In this document: piece after piece, positions 1 through 8,794 of the stretch
How the letters are laid out: every line of letters begins with the position of its first letter
Numbering within the stretch: position 1 is the first letter of the stretch
Origin: Clostridia bacterium
GTDB lineage: Bacteria; Bacillota; Clostridia; TANB77; CAG-465
Direction: 5' to 3'
NCBI GenBank assembly: GCA_045536565.1
Contig: JAZSNU010000003.1
Coordinates: 78,544 to 142,543, forward strand
DNA: 64,000 nt
The notes under the pieces: generated by a model
The model's database searches: none
What the model was told of the DNA's origin: nothing
The model's input: the letters and a program-made list of their open reading frames with translations, nothing else
Position numbers and translations under genes: made by a program

Positions 1-1
1 T

Positions 2-415
2 GGAAGAATATTAATATGGTATGTTGTACTTGGTGCTTTTGCAAGTGATACCTTTGCGTATTTTATAGGGTGCAAATTTGGAAAACACAAATTGTGCCCA
101 ACTATAAGCCCTAAAAAATCAGTAGAGGGATCAATAGGCGGAATATGTGGAGTTATAGTATCATATGTTATTTTGACAGTTATAGGAAATACATATTTTA
201 ACTTTAATATGAATATAGTATATTGGATATTAATAGCGATAGTATCTAGTATAGTAGGACAATTAGGTGATTTAACAGAATCTGCTATTAAAAGATATTG
301 CGGAGTTAAAGATTCTGGAAATCTTATCCCTGGTCATGGCGGAATATTAGATAGATTTGATAGTTTAATGTTTGTTGCACCAATTGTGTATATATTTATA
401 ATATTATATGTATAA
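2..415 (+). CDS. cdsA: Phosphatidate cytidylyltransferase, C-terminal part (5' end upstream of window)
   Basis: Frame is open from the window edge. The translation contains SDTFAYFIGCKFGKHKL and GHGGILDRFDS, which are CdsA signature motifs. Confidence 0.85.
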   Translation, partial: GRILIWYVVLGAFASDTFAYFIGCKFGKHKLCPTISPKKSVEGSIGGICGVIVSYVILTVIGNTYFNFNMNIVYWILIAIVSSIVGQLGDLTESAIKRYCGVKDSGNLIPGHGGILDRFDSLMFVAPIVYIFIILYV

Positions 416-453
416 TTATATAGTGCTAAAAAGAAAGTAAAAGGTGAAAAGAA

Positions 454-1698
454 TTGGGAATAATACTTACAGTACTTAAATTAATTATAATACTTGGAGT
501 AGTTGCATCTATTCATGAGTTTGGCCATTTTATATTTGCCAAACTTTTTAAAATGAAAGTAGATGAATTTGCAATAGGATTTGGTAAAGCAATATGGAGT
601 AAAGAATATAAAGGAACTAAATTTTCTTTAAGATGCCTTCCACTAGGTGGATATTGTGCAATTGATGGAGAAGATGGAGAGTCAGATAACGAAGCAGCCT
701 TTTGTAATAAAGCATGGTGGAAAAGACTTATAGTGTTAGTTGCAGGTGTTGTATTTAATGCTATACTTGCCATGGTTATATTTGTTTCTATCAACCTTCC
801 AGGTGATACTTATACAAATGTAATAACGGATATCGATGAAACATCAATTGCATACGAATTAGGACTAAGAAATGGAGATAAAATTAAAGAAATAAACGGA
901 AATAATATACATATACTTCAAGATATATCTACATTTAATGATGTATCAGAAAAGCAAGTAGAAATAGTATACGAAAGAGACGGAGAAGAAAAAACAATAA
1001 TAACTGATAAGTTAGTTCAAACAATAGGATATATAGGCGTGTATTTTGATGCTAGTCAGGAAATAATAACAAGTAAAGTTGATATGGTAGAAGGCGGAAG
1101 TGCTGCTCAAAAAGCAGGACTTAAATCAGGAGATGTCATAACAGCAGTAAATGGACAAAAAACAGAACTTTCTTCTGATGTTATAAGCATAATATATGTA
1201 AATCCAGGAAAAGAAATAGAAATTACATATACAAGAGATGAAGAAGAATTTACCAAAAAAATAACACCTTCATCAAAAGAAGTATTTGCAATAGGAAATT
1301 TCTCTGCTGAAAAGGTTGATACAAATCTATACTATGCTTTTTGTAAAGCCGGAACAAGTGTAAAACAAATAATAGGTTCATATGTTGATTTATTTAAAGG
1401 TAATGTATCAGTAAATCAATTATCTGGTATAGTTGGAATGGGAGAAGTAGTTTCAAAAACAGAGGGATGGCTAGATTTCTTAAATTTACTTGCAATAATT
1501 TCTATGGCAGTAGGCGTTGCAAATATAATGCCATTCCCACCACTTGATGGAGGAAAAGTAGTTCTTGTTTTAGCAGAGGCTATAACAAGAAAGAAAGTGT
1601 CTATAAAATTAGAGGCTATACTAAGTTATATAGGGTTAGCACTTTTACTTGGACTGACGCTATATGTAACATATAACGATATTGTTAGAATATTTTAA
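454..1698 (+). CDS. rseP: Site-2 (RIP) zinc metalloprotease, M50 family with PDZ domains
   Basis: HEFGHF (HExxH) in the first TM segment, PDZ-like central segments, C-terminal MPFPPLDGG motif. TTG start follows an AAAGGTGAAAAG RBS. Conserved position between cdsA and polC. Confidence 0.85.
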   Translation: MGIILTVLKLIIILGVVASIHEFGHFIFAKLFKMKVDEFAIGFGKAIWSKEYKGTKFSLRCLPLGGYCAIDGEDGESDNEAAFCNKAWWKRLIVLVAGVVFNAILAMVIFVSINLPGDTYTNVITDIDETSIAYELGLRNGDKIKEINGNNIHILQDISTFNDVSEKQVEIVYERDGEEKTIITDKLVQTIGYIGVYFDASQEIITSKVDMVEGGSAAQKAGLKSGDVITAVNGQKTELSSDVISIIYVNPGKEIEITYTRDEEEFTKKITPSSKEVFAIGNFSAEKVDTNLYYAFCKAGTSVKQIIGSYVDLFKGNVSVNQLSGIVGMGEVVSKTEGWLDFLNLLAIISMAVGVANIMPFPPLDGGKVVLVLAEAITRKKVSIKLEAILSYIGLALLLGLTLYVTYNDIVRIF

Positions 1699-1737
1699 TT
1701 AAATAAATATTGTAATAATTATTTAACGAATGATAAT

Positions 1738-1775
1738 AAAATCCAAAATGATATTTTCCTTCATTTTGGATTTTA
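1738..1775 (+). terminator. Intrinsic terminator after rseP
   Basis: 14-bp stem AAAATCCAAAATGA/TCATTTTGGATTTT with a T-rich 3' side. Confidence 0.7.
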
Positions 1776-1855
1776 TGGTATTTCATAAAATTAAATAGAT
1801 AATATTCAAATTAGATAAGAAGTATATATAAAGAGAGAAAAGAGGTGTAACTAAA

Positions 1856-4800
1856 ATGAAAAGTGTTAGAGAACTTTTTGGACATGCTGTTCAAAGATGT
1901 AGTACATTAGAAGATTTAATGGTAGAAGAAGTGAAGTTTTCTAAAAAGCAAAATGCAGCTATTGTAACTATTGTTGTTGATAGAAAAATAAATCCATTAG
2001 ATATTGCTGAGCTTGAAGAAAGAGCACTCCAAATATTTACACTAAAAAGTTTTAAAGTTATACCTCATCTTACAGTAAAAGATATTGAAGTGACAGAAAG
2101 AGATATAATAAATGTAATAAGTTTTTGTGCAAAAAGGGAAGAATATTTAAAACCTATGCTTGAGTCAAATAAAATGACAGTAGAGGATAACAATATAACA
2201 ATAGAATTAAAAACAGCACAATCCAGTTTTTTAAGATTAAAGAAGTTAGACGAAAAAATATCAAATATAATTAAAACAATATATGGTAAAAACTATACCG
2301 TTTTAATAACTGATTCAAAAGAAGCAAGAGAAAAAAGAAAACAAGAATTAGAAGACAGAAATAGAGAAGTTAAGTTAGAATATACAAAACAAGAACCAAA
2401 GCAAAAAGAACCAGAAACACCACCTACAATACCTAATGAAGAGCAAGTTCAAAATATTGCACAACCAGAAAATATAGCTCACGAAGAACCTAACCAAATA
2501 AATGAACAGGTCTTAGAGGATATATCAGTAAATAACGAAAAAGTTATATATGGTAGAGATGTGTCAAGGGAAATGGTTACCAAAGTTGAAAATATTGTTC
2601 CAGATATTCCTAGACTATGTATTGATGGTAAAATAATTACCATGGATACAAGAGAACTAAAATCTGGAAAAACACTTTTAATGATAGATGTAAGTGATAA
2701 AACAAGCACAATATCTTGTAAGGCATTTTTAGATGAAAAAAGAAAAGATGAAGTTTTGGGAAAAATAAAAGCAGGGAACTATGTTAAAGTATGTGGGAAA
2801 TCACAAATAGATTCGTTTTCAAATGAACTTACCGTAATGGTAAATAGTATAATGGAATCTGATGCTCCTCCTGCAAGGCAAGATTTCTCAGAAGAGAAAA
2901 GAGTGGAGCTTCATATGCATACTCAAATGAGTTCAATGGACGGTGTAACAAGCGCAACTGATATTGTAAAACAAGCAATTAAATGGGGACATAAAGCGGT
3001 AGCAATAACAGACCATGGTGCAGTACAAGCATTTCCAGAAGCACACCTTGCAGCATATGATTTTAAATCTGGTGAATACAAGATAAAAGTACTATATGGA
3101 ATGGAAGGATATTTAGTACCTGATGTAGTTCCAAATTTAGATGCCCAAGACACTTTTGTTGTATTTGATATAGAAACAACAGGATTTGAACCAGGACTTG
3201 ATAAAATAACTGAAATAGCAGCAGTAAAAGTTAAAAATGGTGAGTTTATAGAAGAATATACAACATTTGTAAATCCAGAAAGACCAATACCTAAAAATGT
3301 TCAAGAACTTACACATATTACTACTGATATGGTAAAAGATGAAAGACCGATAGAAGAAGTATTGCCGGAGTTTTTAAAATTCTGCGAAGGCGCAGTAATG
3401 GTAGCACATAATGCTAAATTTGATATGTCATTTATAAACTATTTTGCTGAAAAAGAGAAGTTAGAAAAACCTAAATTTGCAGTGGATACATTAGCAATTG
3501 CGAGGGAAATATTTGAAAGTTATCAAAATCATAAATTAGGAACAATAGCAGAAAATTTAGGTATTGAGCTAGAAGGGGCACACAGAGCAATAAACGACAC
3601 AAGAGCAACTGCAAAAGTATTTGTTAAAATGTGTGAAATACTTAAAGAAAAAGATATGGACATAATGGGATTTGTTCAAGACGCAGATAAATTAGATTAC
3701 AAACAAGGACAGGCTAACCATGTTATCATATTTGCAAAAGATTTAGTGGGTCTTAAAAATTTATATAAGATAGTATCATACTCAAATCTTCATTATTTCT
3801 ATAGAAGACCAAGAGTTAATCGTTCTATGATTAATAGGTATAGAAAGGGATTAATAATTGGCTCTGCTTGTGAAAGAGGAGAGCTTTATCAAGCGATATT
3901 AAATAAAGCGCCAGAAGAAGATATAGAAAATATTGCAAACTATTATGACTATCTAGAAATACAACCACTTGGAAACAATGAATTCTATTTAAGAAATGGT
4001 GAAGTTAGTTCGCTCGAAGAATTAATTAATATAAACAAAAAAATTGTGGAAGTTGGGGATAAGTTAGGTAAACTTTGTGCTGCTACATGTGATACTCACT
4101 TCTTAAATGAAGAAGATGAAATATATAGACGAATTATAATGGCAGGACAAGGTTTTGATGATGCAGATAATCAAGCACCGCTATATTTTAGAACTACTGA
4201 TGAGATGTTAAAAGAATTTGAATACTTAGATGAAGAAAAGAGGAAAGAAGTAGTTATAACAAACCCAAATAAAATAGCAGACTGGTTTGAAACAATAGCA
4301 CCAGTTGTAAGTGGAACATACAACCCTGTAATAGATGGCTCCGATGAAGAAATAGAAAGAATGACATATGAAAATGCGAGAGCTATATATGGCGATAATC
4401 TTCCTGAAATAGTAGAGGCTAGAATAAAAAAAGAACTTAATTCTATAATTACAAATGGATTTTCCGTTATGTATTTAATAGCACATAAACTTGTTAAGAA
4501 GTCAAACTCTGATGGATATCTGGTTGGTTCCAGAGGTTCTGTTGGTTCATCATTTGTTGCAACAATGACAGGGATAACAGAGGTAAATCCACTACCAGCG
4601 CACTATGTATGTACACAGTGTAAATATAGTGAATTTCCAAATACTATTGTTACAACAGGAATAGATATGGAAGATAAAGATTGCCCACATTGTAACATTC
4701 CTATGAAAAAGAATGGTATGGATATTCCGTTTGAAACATTCTTAGGCTTTAAAGGAGATAAAGTACCTGATATCGACTTAAACTTCTCAGGTGATTATCA

Positions 4801-6196
4801 ACCGGTAGCACATGCATTTACGGAAGAGATGTTTGGTAAATCTAAAACATTTAGAGCAGGAACCATAAGTACACTTGCTGATAAAACAGCATATGGATAT
4901 GTAAAAAAATATTATGAGGAAAGAGAAAAAAATGTACCAGGATGTGAGATAAATAGACTGGCTATTGGATGTACTGGTATAAAAAGAACGACTGGTCAGC
5001 ATCCAGGTGGAATTATTGTTGTTCCAAGGGATAAAGAAATCTATGATTTTACACCTGTTCAAAGACCAGCAGATGATGTAAAAACTAAAACAATAACAAC
5101 ACATTTTGATTTCCACTCAATACACGATAACCTTTTAAAACTTGATATACTGGGCCATGATGATCCTACGGTCATTCGTATGCTTGAAGATATTACAGGT
5201 GTAGATCCTAAAAAGATTCCACTTGATGAACAAAAAGTAATGTCGTTATTTAAATCAACAGATGCACTTGGTGTAACACCTGAACAAATCAATTCGCCAG
5301 TTGGTACATATGCTGTACCTGAGTTTGGAACTAAATTTGTAAGACAAATGCTAGTAGATACAAAACCTACAACATTTGGAGAGTTGGTTAGAATATCTGG
5401 ATTATCACATGGTACTGATGTGTGGTTAAATAACGCACAAACACTTATCGAAGAAGGAATAGTAACACTTAAAGAGGCAATTTGTACAAGGGATGACATT
5501 ATGATTTATTTGATACAAAAAGGTATGGATCCAGGTCTAGCGTTTAAAATAATGGAGATAGTTAGAAAAGGTAAAGCTAGCAAAATGCTTACAGAAGACT
5601 TAGTAGAGGAAATGAAGAAAAATGATGTACCAGATTGGTATATAGATTCATGCTTTAAAATTAAGTACATGTTCCCCAAAGCCCATGCGGCAGCTTATGT
5701 TATGATGGCATATAGGATAGCATATTTTAAGGTGTATTATCCAGAGGCTTTTTATGCTGTATATTATACAGTAAGAGCAGATAATTTTAGTACTGATATA
5801 ATGTGTGTATCAAAAGAAAAAATTAAAGAAACAATCAAGCAATATGAAGAACTTCAAAAGCCAACACAAACTGAAAAAGATGTACATACAATTTTAGAAG
5901 TTGTAAACGAGATGTTAGAAAGGGGAATAACATTCCTTCCAGTAGACATATATGAATCAGATGCAACTAAATTTAAAGTCGGTGAAAAGAGTGTTAGACC
6001 ACCACTTTCAGCACTTACTGGGTTTGGTACGGTCAATGCCATAAATCTAGTAAAAGAAAGAGAAAAAGGCTCTTTTGCGTCAAAAGAAGAACTTATGCTT
6101 AGAGCAAAACTAGGTAAATCCGCTATGGAAATACTTGAAAACAACAATTGTTTGAAAGATATGCCAAATTCAATGCAAATGAATTTGTTTGATTAA
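1856..6196 (+). CDS. polC: DNA polymerase III alpha subunit, PolC type
   Basis: 1446 aa. PHP motif HMHTQMS..DG, DEDDh exonuclease insert (FVVFDIETTG, HNAKFDMSF, AHRAINDT), zinc-finger CxxC..CPHC, and the polymerase core. Confidence 0.97.
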   Translation: MKSVRELFGHAVQRCSTLEDLMVEEVKFSKKQNAAIVTIVVDRKINPLDIAELEERALQIFTLKSFKVIPHLTVKDIEVTERDIINVISFCAKREEYLKPMLESNKMTVEDNNITIELKTAQSSFLRLKKLDEKISNIIKTIYGKNYTVLITDSKEAREKRKQELEDRNREVKLEYTKQEPKQKEPETPPTIPNEEQVQNIAQPENIAHEEPNQINEQVLEDISVNNEKVIYGRDVSREMVTKVENIVPDIPRLCIDGKIITMDTRELKSGKTLLMIDVSDKTSTISCKAFLDEKRKDEVLGKIKAGNYVKVCGKSQIDSFSNELTVMVNSIMESDAPPARQDFSEEKRVELHMHTQMSSMDGVTSATDIVKQAIKWGHKAVAITDHGAVQAFPEAHLAAYDFKSGEYKIKVLYGMEGYLVPDVVPNLDAQDTFVVFDIETTGFEPGLDKITEIAAVKVKNGEFIEEYTTFVNPERPIPKNVQELTHITTDMVKDERPIEEVLPEFLKFCEGAVMVAHNAKFDMSFINYFAEKEKLEKPKFAVDTLAIAREIFESYQNHKLGTIAENLGIELEGAHRAINDTRATAKVFVKMCEILKEKDMDIMGFVQDADKLDYKQGQANHVIIFAKDLVGLKNLYKIVSYSNLHYFYRRPRVNRSMINRYRKGLIIGSACERGELYQAILNKAPEEDIENIANYYDYLEIQPLGNNEFYLRNGEVSSLEELININKKIVEVGDKLGKLCAATCDTHFLNEEDEIYRRIIMAGQGFDDADNQAPLYFRTTDEMLKEFEYLDEEKRKEVVITNPNKIADWFETIAPVVSGTYNPVIDGSDEEIERMTYENARAIYGDNLPEIVEARIKKELNSIITNGFSVMYLIAHKLVKKSNSDGYLVGSRGSVGSSFVATMTGITEVNPLPAHYVCTQCKYSEFPNTIVTTGIDMEDKDCPHCNIPMKKNGMDIPFETFLGFKGDKVPDIDLNFSGDYQPVAHAFTEEMFGKSKTFRAGTISTLADKTAYGYVKKYYEEREKNVPGCEINRLAIGCTGIKRTTGQHPGGIIVVPRDKEIYDFTPVQRPADDVKTKTITTHFDFHSIHDNLLKLDILGHDDPTVIRMLEDITGVDPKKIPLDEQKVMSLFKSTDALGVTPEQINSPVGTYAVPEFGTKFVRQMLVDTKPTTFGELVRISGLSHGTDVWLNNAQTLIEEGIVTLKEAICTRDDIMIYLIQKGMDPGLAFKIMEIVRKGKASKMLTEDLVEEMKKNDVPDWYIDSCFKIKYMFPKAHAAAYVMMAYRIAYFKVYYPEAFYAVYYTVRADNFSTDIMCVSKEKIKETIKQYEELQKPTQTEKDVHTILEVVNEMLERGITFLPVDIYESDATKFKVGEKSVRPPLSALTGFGTVNAINLVKEREKGSFASKEELMLRAKLGKSAMEILENNNCLKDMPNSMQMNLFD

Positions 6197-6283
6197 TTAT
6201 GGATATTATGTATAAAATTGGTGAAATAGTTGAAAATTAAAGAAAAATAATATATAATAATGCCATAGTGAGGAGATGATATT

Positions 6284-6619
6284 ATGAAATTAGATTTAAC
6301 TGGTAGACAAATTGAAATTACAGAAGGTTTGCATGAATTTGTTGAAAAAAAAGTTAAAAAATTTGATAAATTTTTTGATGAAGACACAATAGTTCATGTT
6401 ACAGTTTCTGCTAGAAAAGAAAAACAAAATATGGATATACGAATTGAATATAAATCAAAAACATACATGGCAGAAATAGAAACAGAAGATATATATAAAG
6501 GTATGGATGAATTATCTGAAAAACTTTTAAGTCAAATTAGAAAAGAAAAAACTAAAATGGAAAAATCAAGAAGAGAAGGATTTGACAAAGAAGAAAAAGA
6601 GCTAGAAATAGAAGAATAA
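6284..6619 (+). CDS. hpf: Ribosome hibernation/translation inhibitor protein, short HPF/RaiA form
   Basis: The N-terminal fold pattern MKLDLTGRQIEITEGLHEFVEKKVKKFDKFF..DIYKGMDELSEKLLSQIRK matches S30AE/HPF. At 111 aa it lacks the long-HPF C-terminal domain. Confidence 0.7.
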   Translation: MKLDLTGRQIEITEGLHEFVEKKVKKFDKFFDEDTIVHVTVSARKEKQNMDIRIEYKSKTYMAEIETEDIYKGMDELSEKLLSQIRKEKTKMEKSRREGFDKEEKELEIEE

Positions 6620-6620
6620 C

Positions 6621-6660
6621 CCAAATAGAAACTACCCGTTAATGGGTAGTTTCTATTTGG
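6621..6660 (+). terminator. Strong hairpin after hpf
   Basis: Perfect 17-bp stem CCAAATAGAAACTACCC/GGGTAGTTTCTATTTGG with a 6-nt loop. There is no clear T-run. Confidence 0.6.
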
Positions 6661-6762
6661 TAAGAGTATAGAAAAAAAGATAAATTAATGGTAAAAAATA
6701 GTATATAATAGAAGGGAGAAAATGCTAAATACAAATAATATCTATTTAGCCATATAAATAAT

Positions 6763-7357
6763 ATGAAAGTAATTTTAACCTCAACAGGATTCGAAGATAT
6801 AGAATCATTAGATAAAATAAAGAAAATAGTAGGTACACCGTTTCAAACTATAAAAATGTTAGTTATACCATTGGCGCGTAAGTATGAATATAGAAAAGAA
6901 AAATACACTAGTGATTATATTAAATTGGGATTTAAAGAAGAGAATGTTTATTTTTTTGATGATGATAATCCGGATTTATATAGGAACCTAGATATAGATT
7001 TAATATATGTATGCGGTGGGAATACTTTTTTGCTTAAAGATTGTCTGGAAAAATCCAATTTTGAACCAGACATAATAGAATATGTAAAAAATAGACGGTG
7101 TTATATATTTAGGTGCAAGTGCAGGAACACATATTGCAACATCTAGTATTAAACATGTACAAGCATTTGATGATAATAGTGTAAAAATTTCTGATTATGA
7201 AGGACTAAATTTATATAATGGAATAATAATTTGCCATTATAATAAAACTAGAAAACAAATATATGAAGAATTAAAAGGAAATGGTATGTATAACATAGAA
7301 AAACTATCTGATAGTCAAATATTATACAATAACAAAGAAGCTTGGATAAAATTATAG
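6763..7357 (+). pseudogene. Peptidase E (S51) family gene, frameshifted at an A6 tract
   Basis: The ORF 6763-7146 carries VCGGNTFLL. The +1 frame continues from 7097 with GVIYLGASAGTHI...CHY to the stop at 7355-7357. The frames join if the A6 run at 7086-7091 were A5. Confidence 0.7.
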
Positions 7358-7390
7358 TATTAAAAAATAGATTATCGTAGTATAGAATAT

Positions 7391-7425
7391 AAAACACGAA
7401 GTAAAAAATAATACTTCGTGTTTTT
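7391..7425 (+). terminator. Intrinsic terminator after the pepE-like gene
   Basis: 12-bp stem AAAACACGAAGT/ACTTCGTGTTTT followed by Ts. Confidence 0.75.
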
Positions 7426-7485
7426 AGTATTTAATATACTATTGATTTAATACAAACTCGGGCTTAAATTACATATTGCTTTCAG
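7424..7485. repeat. Direct repeat copy 1 (62 nt), contains a relic of the SASP gene 3' end
   Basis: 57/62 identical to 9507-9568. The 5 mismatches cluster in a 7-nt block (CTCGGGC vs TTAAAAC). It ends with TTACATATTGCTTTCAG, the complement of ..ESNM-stop. Confidence 0.85.
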
Positions 7486-7501
7486 TGCACTCTAATATGA
7501 A

Positions 7502-7529
7502 TTGACATTTTACATAATTGTGATATAAT
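7502..7529 (+). promoter_or_regulatory. Sigma-A type promoter for the rSAM operon
   Basis: TTGACA (7502-7507), 16-nt spacer, extended -10 TGaTATAAT (7521-7529). Confidence 0.6.
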
Positions 7530-7580
7530 ATTCGAAAAAATATTAGGCTATAATATAACTATATTAAAGGAGTGATTATA

Positions 7581-8582
7581 TTGATTAAGACAGTATGGCT
7601 TACTTTAAATCGGAAGTGTAATTTACAATGTCAATGGTGTTATTCAAAATATTCTAATAAAAATGAAAACATGAATTTTGAGGAAGTTAAGAAACAAATT
7701 ATAAGACTAGAAAGGCAAGGTATTAAAAAAATTATATTAATAGGAGGAGAACCGTTATTATATAAAAATATAATTGAATTAGTCGCGTTTATTAACGGTT
7801 TAGGAATAAATCAATCAGTAACAACTAATGGTATTCTTTTAAAGGATTATGATTTTTGCAAAAAACTGGTTTCTAGTGGTATTAAAAATTTTAATATGTC
7901 ATTAAAAGGTAATAATGAAGATCAATACACAAAATATACAAATCGTAAAAATGGATTATCAGAATTTCTAAGAGGATATAATAATTTAAAAAACTTGGGA
8001 ATTAAACCAGTAGTTTCGTATGTTATAGTTGACGATAATAAAGAAAATTTTGATAATCTTATAGATATGCTCATAGAAAATAACATATATGATGTGTGTT
8101 TTCAGTTTGTAAAACCAGCATTGACATTAGAAGAAAAACAAGATAAGCAAGAATTAGACAGAATGGGTATGTTTTGCGAATACATATTTACAAAATTAAG
8201 AAAGACTGCCATTGATTTTTCTTTTGAAATCTCATTTCCTCTTTGTTTGATAAAGAAAGAAGTTCTTGAACAAATGATGAAAGAGAAGTGTATTTCAACA
8301 TGTTGCCATATACAAAAAGGAACAGGGCTGATATTTGATACAAATTTTAATATACTTCCTTGCAATCATTTTGCAAATTATCCTTTTAGTATAGAAAAAA
8401 ATGAAATTTTACAAAGTAATATTGCAGATATATTTTCTAATAACAAAGAAATAATAGAGTTTAGAAAAAAAGTAAGCTGTTATCCAAGTTTAAAATGTAA
8501 GTCGTGTAGTCTTTGGGATTATTGTGGAGGAGGATGCTTTACTAGATGGCTTTATGATGATCCTGATGATTATATAAAATAA
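7581..8582 (+). CDS. Radical SAM enzyme with C-terminal SPASM domain (peptide-modifying maturase candidate)
   Basis: CNLQCQWC (Cx3Cx2C) lies near the N-terminus and CKSCSLWDYCGGGC (Cx2Cx5Cx3C) at the C-terminus. I prefer the TTG start at 7581, 8 nt after GGAG. The tracked GTG at 7572 overlaps the RBS. Confidence 0.85.
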   Translation: MIKTVWLTLNRKCNLQCQWCYSKYSNKNENMNFEEVKKQIIRLERQGIKKIILIGGEPLLYKNIIELVAFINGLGINQSVTTNGILLKDYDFCKKLVSSGIKNFNMSLKGNNEDQYTKYTNRKNGLSEFLRGYNNLKNLGIKPVVSYVIVDDNKENFDNLIDMLIENNIYDVCFQFVKPALTLEEKQDKQELDRMGMFCEYIFTKLRKTAIDFSFEISFPLCLIKKEVLEQMMKEKCISTCCHIQKGTGLIFDTNFNILPCNHFANYPFSIEKNEILQSNIADIFSNNKEIIEFRKKVSCYPSLKCKSCSLWDYCGGGCFTRWLYDDPDDYIK

Positions 8583-8601
8583 AAGAAAGGAGAGCGTCGT
8601 T

Positions 8602-8733
8602 ATGTTGAAAGAATTGTTAGATATGTACAAGGGTACTAATCAATCAGCGCCTAGTGCTAATGGTTTGAGACCAGAAAATTCAACTATGTTAGATTGTAAC
8701 TGTGTAGATAGCGATTGCGCAATTTCTGATTAG
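8602..8733 (+). CDS. 43-aa Cys/Asp-rich peptide, candidate RiPP precursor (not in the ORF track)
   Basis: ATG lies 9 nt after GGAG. Translation is MLKELLDMYKGTNQSAPSANGLRPENSTMLDCNCVDSDCAISD. The three Cys are each followed by Asp at +4. It sits 19 nt after the rSAM stop. Confidence 0.55.
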   Translation: MLKELLDMYKGTNQSAPSANGLRPENSTMLDCNCVDSDCAISD

Positions 8734-8734
8734 G

Positions 8735-8770
8735 ATCAAAAGAGGGTAGATATTTCTACTCTCTTTTGAT
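8735..8770 (+). terminator. Hairpin after the peptide ORF
   Basis: About 16-bp stem ATCAAAAGAGGGTAGA/TCTACTCTCTTTTGAT with one bulge. No separate T-run. Confidence 0.45.
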
Positions 8771-8794
8771 ATAATAATCGTGAAGGTGAATTTT

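Noticed and set aside
2479-6147. Several 76-146-aa minus-strand ORFs inside polC (for example 5059-5499 and 4787-5116).
   Set aside because: They lie entirely antisense to a well-supported 1446-aa gene. They have low-complexity translations (S/I/L/F-rich) and no RBS. This is typical of shadow ORFs in AT-rich DNA.
7467-7500. The relic SASP 3' end in repeat copy 1 considered as a second SASP gene.
   Set aside because: Only about 8 codons (..ILECTESNM-stop) remain before the similarity and the reading frame end. There is no start codon or SASP core.
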